Below are positions 50,616 to 59,630 of a stretch of DNA of 64,000 nt, piece after piece. The notes below the pieces were generated by a model that was given only the letters and a program-made list of their open reading frames with translations, had not been told where the DNA came from and ran no database searches. Each line of letters opens with the position of its first letter. The first letter of the stretch is position 1. Source of the DNA: a virus; IMG/VR virus record IMGVR_UViG_3300031772_000002, positions 1 to 64,000 of that record; one strand, written 5' to 3'. The position numbers and the translations under genes are program-made.

Positions 50616-51209
50616 TTATTTATTCAATAATTTTTTACGAATTCTTTTCCCACCACAATCTTCAGTATTTATAGCAGGACACGAATTACAAGCAGTTAAA
50701 CCATTCATTTGAATTAGCCAACATTCACTTGTTAAACTTCCCTGATTTATTTTTTTTTCATTAGTTATTTTTAGAGTTCCATTATCAACAATTCCATCAG
50801 ACATTGTAAAACAATTTGAATTTTCTCTTCCCCTAAGAATATCTCTACCAGTTAAATTATTTTTATATTTTGGTAAAGATAATTCTTCTTCTATATTATC
50901 AAATGATTCTGATATTTTAAATTTTGATTCTTCTAAACAGTTCCTTCCTTCAATATTAAAATATGGAATAAATAATCCAATGTTATAAAGGTATAATATT
51001 TTATCTTTAATTGTTTTATAATTTTTTTTTAATTCATCTGGAAATGTTTCAAAAATGTCTAATGACAATATTGAAACCAATACTTCCAACATGGAAAGTT
51101 TTTCTGTTATTTTATTTGTTTTAAGTTCAATTAAAAAATGAATTTTGAAATCAACAGTTTTTTGTTGATTACTTAAAAAAATATTTTTTTGTATTTCTCT
51201 AAAATGCAT
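50616..51209 (-). CDS. Hypothetical protein with C-terminal Cys cluster
   Basis: ECW..CNSC..DC. Confidence 0.6.
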   Translation of the reverse strand: MHFREIQKNIFLSNQQKTVDFKIHFLIELKTNKITEKLSMLEVLVSILSLDIFETFPDELKKNYKTIKDKILYLYNIGLFIPYFNIEGRNCLEESKFKISESFDNIEEELSLPKYKNNLTGRDILRGRENSNCFTMSDGIVDNGTLKITNEKKINQGSLTSECWLIQMNGLTACNSCPAINTEDCGGKRIRKKLLNK

Positions 51210-51353
51210 CTTTTATTCCCTTTCTTTTGATTAAAAAAAAATATTTTATATATATATTAATAATTAAGTTAAACCAATCTATAATAGTTATTTCATAATT
51301 TTGTTAATAATAACTAAACATATCCTACTGCTATGTAATTCATTTATAAATTT

Positions 51354-51815
51354 TCAATCCAATATTGCTGAACAATTTCCGAAGCACTTACCATTTTCAA
51401 TAATGTATTCATTGCATTCTTGACAAATATTTTTAACTATATATTCTTTTGCTTCTAAATCATAATAAGTAATATACTGTTCCACTAAACATCCTTTGCC
51501 ATTATAATCATAACTTGTTACTTCAAACGGATGTCCAAGTTTTTTGTTATATTTACACGATGTTTTAATTATTATTCCGTCGCCCCATTCACTTGTAAAT
51601 TCTGCATCAACTATTTCACTATCCTCTTTTTTTTTATTATTATTAGAATAGTATTTACAAATTGAAGCAATAAACTCTGGAATATAATTAATTGGAAATT
51701 GTTCTGATATTTCTTTTTTAATTATTAGTTCCAATAGTTCATTTGTTGCTTTTCTTATTGAACATATTTTGTTCAAATAGCATGCATAACAATTAAAATA
51801 TTTTTTTTCTTCCAT
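51354..51815 (-). CDS. Cys-rich hypothetical protein
   Basis: CYAC, CQEC..CFGNC. Confidence 0.55.
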   Translation of the reverse strand: MEEKKYFNCYACYLNKICSIRKATNELLELIIKKEISEQFPINYIPEFIASICKYYSNNNKKKEDSEIVDAEFTSEWGDGIIIKTSCKYNKKLGHPFEVTSYDYNGKGCLVEQYITYYDLEAKEYIVKNICQECNEYIIENGKCFGNCSAILD

Positions 51816-51819
51816 ACTT

Positions 51820-52089
51820 TTATCCTTTGATATATGATTTTGATTTTAGTGAATCTATTTTATTACAATTAAGATCATGAATAATGATATCAATTATAAA
51901 ATTTTTATCCATTTGATTTTTTTCTGCCAAATCAATAAAAGTATTCAGATCATAAAATGCTTTTATTCCTTTATATTCTTGGAAATACATCATAGATAAA
52001 ATAATGTCTATGGTATTAATTTCTGTACATTTTGTATATTCTAATATTTTTTTTTCTATAGTAAGAATATCATCATATCCGGGTTTCAT
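51820..52089 (-). CDS. Hypothetical protein
   Basis: ORF with AAGGA RBS. Confidence 0.55.
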   Translation of the reverse strand: MKPGYDDILTIEKKILEYTKCTEINTIDIILSMMYFQEYKGIKAFYDLNTFIDLAEKNQMDKNFIIDIIIHDLNCNKIDSLKSKSYIKG

Positions 52090-52546
52090 TTTTTTTCCTT
52101 ATATTAAATAAATTTTTTCATTACCAACTGAAATTTCGTACAACGGTTCGCTAAATGGCTGATAGTTGCCGCATTCGCTCAACCAAATCTTTAACATTCG
52201 CTATATCACAATCCTTAATATGAATATCAGAAAGTTCGTTTGCAAAAGCGTCAATTTCATTCTTTAGCTGCTGTGCGCTGTTGGCAATTTCTACAACACG
52301 TTTCAGAGCTTGCCATGCGTCCTTTAATTTTACACCATAGTTCAATTGCGGAAATTCAGATTCTATGATTGATAGTGCCTCTTTACCAGAAAGCATGGTA
52401 AACTCCTTTCAAAAAATTTAAGAGCAAAATTGAAGTTAATTTAGCAAATGTATACAGTCGGAACAGCATTGCATACTTTTTGAGTTTCATTTTTTTTCCT
52501 TATATTAAATAAATTTTTTCGTTACCAACTGAAATTTCGTACAACG
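52083..52546. repeat. About 63-bp direct repeat of a cassette leader (52083-52145 and 52484-52546)
   Basis: GTTTCAT-T-run-CCTTATATTAAATAAATTTTTTC[A/G]TTACCAACTGAAATTTCGTACAACG. Confidence 0.9.
52151..52396 (-). CDS. Cassette-like small hypothetical protein
   Basis: AGGAG RBS; 3' end lies inside palindrome. Confidence 0.55.
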   Translation of the reverse strand: MLSGKEALSIIESEFPQLNYGVKLKDAWQALKRVVEIANSAQQLKNEIDAFANELSDIHIKDCDIANVKDLVERMRQLSAI

Positions 52547-52595
52547 TTCCACAAACGGGCGAAGTTCTCGCCTATAATTCTAACTCCATAGTCAA

Positions 52596-52796
52596 CTACG
52601 GGTATTTTGTCATTTGTGTGTTATCAGCTGCAAACTGGATTACCGTATCTTCCAACATGGCCTGAAACGAAGTTACGATAGTTTCAAGTTCGTTGGTTTC
52701 AAGATTATTTACATAAGAAGAAGTCATTCCATTAAGTCGTAAAACTCGTTTCATGCGAACACGCCAGCGAGCTTCATCCGAAGAATATTTAGTCAT
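52596..52796 (-). CDS. Cassette-like small hypothetical protein
   Basis: Start moved to MTKY after AGGA; ends in palindrome. Confidence 0.5.
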   Translation of the reverse strand: MTKYSSDEARWRVRMKRVLRLNGMTSSYVNNLETNELETIVTSFQAMLEDTVIQFAADNTQMTKYP

Positions 52797-52872
52797 AAAA
52801 CTTCCTTTCTTGGCATCGCCTATAAACAAAAAATGCAGTTTATTGACACTAATTTAGCAAACGTATATAGTG

Positions 52873-53085
52873 CTACTTTCCTAACTGTACACAATTTCCA
52901 TTTAAACACTGATTTTTTGATCCAAGTGCATAACCGCATTCGGAACAGCATTGCATACTTTTCTGGTTATATGATACAGAATGGGCGCCATATTTAGAGT
53001 ACTGTTGCGTAAATATCAAATAACCGCACCATACTCCAAAACCAAATATTGGAATTAATAACAGAAATAATATAATGAATATCAT
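52873..53085 (-). CDS. Cassette-like small membrane protein with Zn ribbon
   Basis: GGAGG RBS, TM helix, CSEC..C..C. Confidence 0.55.
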   Translation of the reverse strand: MIFIILFLLLIPIFGFGVWCGYLIFTQQYSKYGAHSVSYNQKSMQCCSECGYALGSKNQCLNGNCVQLGK

Positions 53086-53429
53086 ATGCAGCCTCCAAAG
53101 TTTTACATAATAAAAAAAAGAATGAATAAAAATTCATTCTTATAGGAAGCTATTGAATAAGACATGAGCTTCCGTTTTTTTTTAAAAACCAAAACGACAA
53201 TTTTCCCCCTAGAAAATTAAAATCCTTTGAAGAAAAATACTTTTTATTTATGGGGTTTATCTTCCCATAAATTAAAAAGGCTTTTTTAATTAACTTATTT
53301 TTTTTTTTATTAAAAATTATTGATTTTAACATAAAAAAATCCTTTTAATTGTTAATACTTAATTGTATTAACATAATATTTATACCATAATTTTCATAAT
53401 AATAACGTATATAATTGTTTCTATTTATT

Positions 53430-53792
53430 TTATAAATTTGATTTTGATTTTATATCCACAATCGTTGGTTCCATATTAGGTAACGGTTTCAGTTTAGGAA
53501 CTATTTTATTTTCATCAACTGTTACAATAGGAATGCCACTTTTTGGTTCAGACCATTTGCCTATTTTAAGTAACTCATTTTTCCAAACAGCTGAAACTTC
53601 GTCAGAGCAATGAGCAACCGCATCAGCCCATGTAACACCACGTCCATATGTTGATTGAAACCATATCTGATATGGTAATGATTGTGCATTATGTGGTTGT
53701 GTGGAATTGTGTAAAGTTGCACATACTTGGCAGGTCCCTGCTTTCGATGGTAACATAAACATTGGCATAAAGTTCCAATTCCTTTCTTTCAA
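53430..53792 (-). CDS. Hypothetical protein (CxxC/His)
   Basis: CQVC..H..H, TWADAVAHC. Confidence 0.55.
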   Translation of the reverse strand: MKERNWNFMPMFMLPSKAGTCQVCATLHNSTQPHNAQSLPYQIWFQSTYGRGVTWADAVAHCSDEVSAVWKNELLKIGKWSEPKSGIPIVTVDENKIVPKLKPLPNMEPTIVDIKSKSNL

Positions 53793-53844
53793 AATATTAA
53801 AATTTTGTTTAAACTATTTGTGAAATTCTTGATATATATGATAC

Positions 53845-54078
53845 TTAACAACCATCTTTGTCATCTTTGTAACCATACAAAGACCACATTCCCATACACA
53901 TAACTCCTTTTTTAAGTTTATCGCATATAAATGTAGATCCAACGACAGGATCAATAACAATTCTTGAAGATTTAATAATTTTGTTAATTTGTAACGTATA
54001 GACATATAACTCGGCGGTACTGTTATCCTCTAATACGGTTACGTCCAAAATACAACCGTCTTCGTGATATTCAGCCAC
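53845..54078 (-). CDS. Hypothetical protein
   Basis: GTG start after AAGGA. Confidence 0.5.
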   Translation of the reverse strand: MAEYHEDGCILDVTVLEDNSTAELYVYTLQINKIIKSSRIVIDPVVGSTFICDKLKKGVMCMGMWSLYGYKDDKDGC

Positions 54079-54181
54079 AAATTATTCCTTTCTTGTGAAG
54101 GTCTATCAAATTAGAATCTTATATAATAACTCCATAAAAAAAATTTATTTCTCCAAGCGTTTGCCAAATGGATGCCGTTGC

Positions 54182-54379
54182 TCACCGAAGCGGGATACGG
54201 CAATCAGGACAATTTTTCATCCACGGATACTCTATTGACAAATCCTGATGGTTCTTCGAGCAATGGCATTCCTTTGGCTGTTGCTGGCTGTGCTGCGCTG
54301 ACTCCTTAGTGTCGTGCGCGGCAGTATCTTCGATGATGCGTCTCAATATTTTTTTACACTGATCTTTCGTAACAAGCAT
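54182..54379 (-). CDS. Cassette-like small Zn-ribbon protein
   Basis: GAGG RBS; CHC..CPDC encoded within palindrome. Confidence 0.5.
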   Translation of the reverse strand: MLVTKDQCKKILRRIIEDTAAHDTKESAQHSQQQPKECHCSKNHQDLSIEYPWMKNCPDCRIPLR

Positions 54380-54436
54380 ACATCCTCATTTTCTTGCCAC
54401 GCCTATAAATGGTTCGGCGTAGCATTGACAGCAACT

Positions 54437-54856
54437 TTATAAATGGTGCTGTTGTAGACAAGTAATAGCTGCTTTGATATGATTAACTGCGTTATCTACT
54501 TGTAAACAGCGCAAATAAGCCAATGCATCGTTTAGGTCTGCAATGGCATCCATTTGTGTTTGGTTGGTGGGTTTAAATTTTTCTTCCACTAGTAATTCCA
54601 ACAATCTCTTTTGTCCAGGAGTTACATTTATTTTATTATCTATTGCCCATCTACTAATAATTTCATATATTTTAATATGTAATTGTTGTAAGATAGATTG
54701 ACAATTTCCATCGAGACTGCGTTGAGTCTCGATGTCATACCGATATCCACACTCATCACACAATTCCCACATATCATTCCATAAATGATCTATCTCTTTT
54801 TGACAATTTCTGCATTTCATAATAAATTTCCAATCTTTTTTTTGGAACGAAACCAA
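54437..54856 (-). CDS. Cassette-like hypothetical protein
   Basis: CRNC..CDEC; ends in palindrome. Confidence 0.5.
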   Translation of the reverse strand: MVSFQKKDWKFIMKCRNCQKEIDHLWNDMWELCDECGYRYDIETQRSLDGNCQSILQQLHIKIYEIISRWAIDNKINVTPGQKRLLELLVEEKFKPTNQTQMDAIADLNDALAYLRCLQVDNAVNHIKAAITCLQQHHL

Positions 54857-55278
54857 GGTATTTTTTTATCTTGTGGATTGTCAGATGAGGAACTACCAGT
54901 TATAATTTTCGGATGTTTGCGATATACCTTATAACCAAGACTATTACATTTTGATACAGACAAACCTATCAAATTTACAACTGCGTCAACACCAAATTCT
55001 TTCGATACAACTATATCTCCACTAATGCATTTTCCTTTCTTAACAAGTTTCATTTCTTTTCTCAATCTCAAATCGAACCTCCTATAAAATTTATTTTTAC
55101 CGTTCGTTTTTTCTTCTACGCCACACCTTGCGTATTCTATTTTTATTAATTTAATCACACCAGAAAAAACTTCATCGTTACATTCATTTTCTACAAATGC
55201 AACTATTTCTTTTTTTGATTTACCTTTTAGTAACGTTTCTTTGTCTGTGTCAAATTCAAATGTAATCCATAATTTCAT
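54817..55278 (-). CDS. Hypothetical protein
   Basis: ORF, start moved to MKLW. Confidence 0.5.
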   Translation of the reverse strand: MKLWITFEFDTDKETLLKGKSKKEIVAFVENECNDEVFSGVIKLIKIEYARCGVEEKTNGKNKFYRRFDLRLRKEMKLVKKGKCISGDIVVSKEFGVDAVVNLIGLSVSKCNSLGYKVYRKHPKIITGSSSSDNPQDKKIPWFRSKKKIGNLL

Positions 55279-55356
55279 ATTTTCTTTTCCAGCACGGATG
55301 ATGTTTATTAGAATAAAGAAGGCTCCCACACAACGTTTGACAAATGTATGCCGAGC

Positions 55357-55572
55357 CTACCCGTAAACCTCAGAATGCGACTTACCGCAACGAATACACG
55401 AACCGCTATTAAGATCGAACTGGTGCTGACATGGTATACTTTGTTTGTTGGTGGATATAAATTTTTCCACCTCAGCTTTCAGTTTTCCGTACTTCGCTAC
55501 GACATCGGCGTGTACGGATTCTGGTAACTCCAACGCAAGGCATCTAACTACCTTATCAAATTCGGCAAACAT
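55357..55572 (-). CDS. Cassette-like small protein
   Basis: GGAGG RBS before MFAEF; ends TNKQSIPCQH..CIRC. Confidence 0.55.
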   Translation of the reverse strand: MFAEFDKVVRCLALELPESVHADVVAKYGKLKAEVEKFISTNKQSIPCQHQFDLNSGSCIRCGKSHSEVYG

Positions 55573-55625
55573 ATAACCTCCAGAGAAAACGGTTTTTCGC
55601 ACAACGTTTGACAAATACACGCTGT

Positions 55626-55817
55626 TTAGTCACGATGATTAGACATACAATCGACACAATAATGATACTCTGCTATTTCATCACAATCGTCGCACTTAAT
55701 AGATGGCGTACTTTGTTTGCTTAAGATGTAATTCCACGCTTCTAATGCAACGCCACGACCGTAACTTTGATTTTTGCCATACTTATCGTTAAACCACTGC
55801 TCGAAATTTTCTGCCAT
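55626..55817 (-). CDS. Cassette-like small Zn-finger protein
   Basis: CDDC..CVDC. Confidence 0.5.
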   Translation of the reverse strand: MAENFEQWFNDKYGKNQSYGRGVALEAWNYILSKQSTPSIKCDDCDEIAEYHYCVDCMSNHRD

Positions 55818-55847
55818 ATATACAACCTTTCTATATAGTTCCTTAAT

Positions 55848-56108
55848 TTATTTTTTTTTGTTTGTATTAAAGAATTTTATTTTCTCTTCTTTCTTCTCCC
55901 ACACTTTACAATTTCTATAAATACCTGAATTGTCAGAATATCTTATTATTTTTCGTTTTTTGATAATGATATAATCTGTTACACACGCAGGTAAAGATAT
56001 TAATTTAGGCAAAGGAAATTTACACTCTCCATTACATCTCGAATGTTCACCTATTGAAAAAGGAGTCCAATCCGGTTCGTATTTGCACGTTAAACATATT
56101 TTATACAT
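55848..56108 (-). CDS. Cys-rich hypothetical protein
   Basis: CLTC..C..C. Confidence 0.5.
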   Translation of the reverse strand: MYKICLTCKYEPDWTPFSIGEHSRCNGECKFPLPKLISLPACVTDYIIIKKRKIIRYSDNSGIYRNCKVWEKKEEKIKFFNTNKKK

Positions 56109-56121
56109 TTTGATATCCTAT

Positions 56122-56478
56122 TTAAATTTTAATAATGTTATTTACTAAAATTTTTTTTAAAAATTTATTAATTATATCTTGATTTACTTTTTCATATTTA
56201 AAGAGATCATATAAATTAGTAGATTCACTGTTTGCAGTTGTTCTTAACTTTATTCCTTCTTTTCCTTTTATCCAATATCTACAGAAATATCCTGAATATG
56301 ATTTTGAAGTTATAAAGCCATATTCAATATACGAATCTTCTATTATATTAAATTCATCTATTGCATGGCCAGGAACATATGCAATTTGATATCCTGTTTC
56401 AATTTTTGAAAGTTGCTCTTGACTTAAACTACTTAATTTTTGCATTTGCATAACATTCATAAAAACTCCAATTTTCAT
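56122..56478 (-). CDS. Hypothetical protein
   Basis: ORF. Confidence 0.5.
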   Translation of the reverse strand: MKIGVFMNVMQMQKLSSLSQEQLSKIETGYQIAYVPGHAIDEFNIIEDSYIEYGFITSKSYSGYFCRYWIKGKEGIKLRTTANSESTNLYDLFKYEKVNQDIINKFLKKILVNNIIKI

Positions 56479-56647
56479 CCGTTCATTATAATTTAAAAAG
56501 CATAATAATTTTGTACAATGTGTGATAAATGTACTGTCGTTTTAATTTAATATCTCTTACTTTCCAATAATTTTGAATTCCAAAAAATACCTTAGTGTAA
56601 TCCGCATTGCATAACGCCGGTGTTGTGCGCTGATTTTCGCGCTTTCC

Positions 56648-56905
56648 TTAGTGTACTCCCGGCGCTCTTTCTGTTTCATCCTCCATGAAATCAAACTGAC
56701 CCATTGCTACCTTTGCCCGTTTGTACGCATCGAAACATCCGCCATAAATTCCATCTTCTTCCGCACCCCATGATTCGATACCACGGAGTAGTCCGCTTAT
56801 AATTTCCATTAATTCCGTGACCGGCATATATGCCTCGCATTTCCGATGATGCGATAACAACGGCAATCGTCCATCGCTCGCCCAATTTTTGCATTCGCAT
56901 TCCAT
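56648..56905 (-). CDS. Hypothetical protein
   Basis: ORF, higher GC. Confidence 0.5.
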   Translation of the reverse strand: MECECKNWASDGRLPLLSHHRKCEAYMPVTELMEIISGLLRGIESWGAEEDGIYGGCFDAYKRAKVAMGQFDFMEDETERAPGVH

Positions 56906-56988
56906 GTTTTTTCTCTTTCTTGCGCCGGGCTATAATAGTTCTTCAGCGCGAAAATTTGCGTACAACGTATAACAAATGTACGCCGTGT

Positions 56989-57195
56989 CTACCGCTTAGG
57001 AAAACAAGTCCACGCACGAGTATAAATTGTGTCATGAATGTAAACAGTATCTGGACACGAACATGGCGTACTTTTTTTGTTGTAAGATGTGTTTTTAATT
57101 ACCTTAATGTCAGAGGCAATATCACGGATGTTTATTATCGCAGTGATACTTCCAATAAGCAAAAAGATAAATAACAAAACCGAACCTGCTCTCAT
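56989..57195 (-). CDS. Cassette-like small membrane/secreted protein
   Basis: N-terminal hydrophobic helix; ends in the clearest attC-like palindrome. Confidence 0.5.
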   Translation of the reverse strand: MRAGSVLLFIFLLIGSITAIINIRDIASDIKVIKNTSYNKKSTPCSCPDTVYIHDTIYTRAWTCFPKR

Positions 57196-57210
57196 ATTGC
57201 CGCCTATAAA

Positions 57211-57414
57211 TTAAAGATTTAAAACATTACTTTCTGCGGGCGCACTCTTTCTTATTGCTAAATATTCCATTAAACACCGTCTGATTGTTAACGAATATAC
57301 TGCCAACGATGGTAGTTTTATCAAATCATTTTTCATAAAATTTGTTATTGCACCAATTGATTCCTGTATATCTTCAATGGTGGTAATTTCACCAGATTTG
57401 TCTATTATATTCAT
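57211..57414 (-). CDS. Hypothetical protein
   Basis: AGGA RBS. Confidence 0.5.
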   Translation of the reverse strand: MNIIDKSGEITTIEDIQESIGAITNFMKNDLIKLPSLAVYSLTIRRCLMEYLAIRKSAPAESNVLNL

Positions 57415-57468
57415 TTTCCTTTCCTTTCTTATGTCCGCTTATAAATAAGTTTTGCGAGTGCAAATGGT

Positions 57469-57798
57469 TTACAACGGTTTATAAACGTCTGATAGTTCGC
57501 GCAGTTCGTTGACGGCATTATCTACCGCCATAGGATCAGCGGTACGATACGAAATTTCAAGTCCATCTGCAATAGCGCGAATTTTGGCTTGCAGTTGTTG
57601 TACGTCTGTAAGCTTTTTTACATTAGCGTACCGTTCGCACTCTTCATTAAGAGCACGAGTGTTAGGCTCATCTTCTCTATAAGGACAATTTTTGTCTTCA
57701 CCGTCACAGTCGTCTCTATCAATAGCACATACTGTTTTTGATTTACTTTTTACTTCTACAATTTTAACTAAAATAGTCTCTATTTTTTTGCAAGTCAT
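57469..57798 (-). CDS. Cassette-like hypothetical protein
   Basis: AAGGA RBS; ends in palindrome. Confidence 0.5.
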   Translation of the reverse strand: MTCKKIETILVKIVEVKSKSKTVCAIDRDDCDGEDKNCPYREDEPNTRALNEECERYANVKKLTDVQQLQAKIRAIADGLEISYRTADPMAVDNAVNELRELSDVYKPL

Positions 57799-57904
57799 AT
57801 TAATATCCTTAATTGTTTACAAATTAATAACATAAATAAAAGGTTCGTGTATATAAACACACGAACCTATTATTAATTATATAATTATTTTTTTTTAAAT
57901 TTAA

Positions 57905-58513
57905 TTAAATATTTCTCCACTTATTATCAATATATTGGAACAACTGCCTATCATTATAAGTAATGATAGGGGCTCCTTTTACTATTCTAACTAACTTATA
58001 AGTTTTATCGATTGGCATCAAATACATACCTCCGACAATACTTGCCTTAGCAGTTTCACAATTCTCAAAGAAATTAATAATTTCTTTACTCATATACCCA
58101 GATCCTTTAGTGATTTCAATCATAACAGAAAATCCAGATACTTCCCATTTATCAATTTCTTTTTTTTGTTTATTATATTTCATTATATACCCCTCTTCTT
58201 GGGAGCCGTCTCTTTCACTAAATCTTATAGTTGACGGTCTTGCAATACCCCCTTCCAATTCTTCATCAATTCGTGCATCTTGAATTTCATTGTTATTAAA
58301 TCCTGGTTTACCAGAATTTTTTAATATAGGAGTTTTAACAAATATAGGATTATTAGACTCTTTACTATCATCCTTTTCATTCTCTGTATAGGCAGGATAT
58401 TCAATAGCTTCATTAGTATTAATTTCTAAATTATTATTATTTTCTTCATTAACCAAATTTAACATTGGGTTGTTTTCTTCTAAAACACTATCTTCATTTA
58501 AATTTTCATTCAT
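57905..58513 (-). CDS. Hypothetical protein
   Basis: Coupled to 58506 ORF. Confidence 0.6.
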   Translation of the reverse strand: MNENLNEDSVLEENNPMLNLVNEENNNNLEINTNEAIEYPAYTENEKDDSKESNNPIFVKTPILKNSGKPGFNNNEIQDARIDEELEGGIARPSTIRFSERDGSQEEGYIMKYNKQKKEIDKWEVSGFSVMIEITKGSGYMSKEIINFFENCETAKASIVGGMYLMPIDKTYKLVRIVKGAPIITYNDRQLFQYIDNKWRNI

Positions 58514-58871
58514 GAGATTTCAACTCCTTATAAATTGTTTCAAAAATATCGTCTATTACATCCTTTATTATTTCTTTTTTAATAATTATAAAAATAGGAT
58601 AATCAAGATTTAAAACCATAGTTGGATCTATCAATCCAATATCACATTCATTTCCTAAATATTTATTAAGAAAAAATATCATATTTTGTATTGTAATATC
58701 GTTAACAGCTATATGATATTCTCCTTTTAAAACATTATTTATATAAACTTTTCTAACTGTAAATTGACTATAATAAGAATATCCATAAGTAATATTTTCA
58801 GGTATTATATTTAAAGTAATGTTTTTTAATTTATCATTTAGTTGAAGATTATCATTTTGATCGCTTTCCAT
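58506..58871 (-). CDS. Hypothetical protein
   Basis: GGAGG RBS. Confidence 0.6.
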   Translation of the reverse strand: MESDQNDNLQLNDKLKNITLNIIPENITYGYSYYSQFTVRKVYINNVLKGEYHIAVNDITIQNMIFFLNKYLGNECDIGLIDPTMVLNLDYPIFIIIKKEIIKDVIDDIFETIYKELKSHE

Positions 58872-59046
58872 TACTCACCTCCAATTTAATATTAAACATT
58901 GCAGGAGATTTGTTATAAGTTTTTATAAATAACTCTAACATTTCCTGCATTGTTTTTCTATGGTTTTTCTTAACTATTTTTTTAAATTTGTCCCTATCGA
59001 TTCTTGATAGTTTCAAATTTAATATTACTATATCTATTTTTTTCAT
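58852..59046 (-). CDS. Ribbon-helix-helix-like DNA-binding protein
   Basis: LNLKLS..DKFKKIVKK..TMQEMLELFI pattern. Confidence 0.5.
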   Translation of the reverse strand: MKKIDIVILNLKLSRIDRDKFKKIVKKNHRKTMQEMLELFIKTYNKSPAMFNIKLEVSNGKRSK

Positions 59047-59141
59047 AATATATATAATATAATATAAAATATAATAAAATATATGATATAAATTTAAAAA
59101 AAATAAGAAATTATTACAAATATATATAAACTTCTATTTTT

Positions 59142-59423
59142 TTATTCTTTTTTTTTGAATTCTTTGATAGTGTTAGTATTTTCCACTATGCTAATTGCAA
59201 TTATGTTTAATGTGGAATTAATTCTTTCTAAATTAGAATTTAAATTATTAAAACATTTTATTATACTATCCATATTATTTCCAATAGTATCATTAATATT
59301 ATTCATAGTTTCGCCAACGTCATGAAATGAATTATTAATATCATTAATGTGTTCTGTCGTTATTTCAATGTTTTCAAATAAATTAATGGCAGAATCAATA
59401 ATATCATTTATTCCTTCTATCAT
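59142..59423 (-). CDS. Coiled-coil hypothetical protein
   Basis: AGGAG RBS, heptad pattern. Confidence 0.55.
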   Translation of the reverse strand: MIEGINDIIDSAINLFENIEITTEHINDINNSFHDVGETMNNINDTIGNNMDSIIKCFNNLNSNLERINSTLNIIAISIVENTNTIKEFKKKE

Positions 59424-59590
59424 ACTTGCTCCTTTAAATAAAATTATAATTCAATTTCTATATTATTAGAATTATTATTATTATTATTATTATTATTTAT
59501 TTTTTCTATTAATAATTCTAACTCTTCTGTCAATTCTTGTAATTCCAAAATATTAAATAAATCCTTTTCTTCCATTAATTAATTACTCCT

Positions 59591-59630
59591 TTGACATACT
59601 ACCCGCCCTGAAGGACGAGGTTTTACGGGC
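59591..59630 (-). mobile_element. Orphan IS200/IS605-type right-end remnant
   Basis: Minus strand CCTCGTCCTTCAGGGCGGGTAGTATGTCAA; paralogous to 60853. Confidence 0.6.

Larger units (their letters stand above)
52083..57602 (-). mobile_element. Array of small ORFs separated by attC-like imperfect palindromes (integron-cassette-like, no integrase in window)
   Basis: About 9 elements: 52139-52285, 52540-52625, 52851-52972, 54153-54283, 54431-54566, 55330-55450, 55601-55720, 56961-57084, 57470-57602. Confidence 0.6.

Noticed and set aside
56830-57174. 114-aa + strand ORF and other short antisense ORFs in the track
   Set aside because: Overlap better-supported genes on the opposite strand
52083-57602. 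CRISPR array or simple terminators
   Set aside because: Repeats are degenerate long palindromes spaced by genes and lack U-tails
59471-59500. (ATT)n microsatellite
   Set aside because: Low-complexity AT-rich sequence with no supportable function
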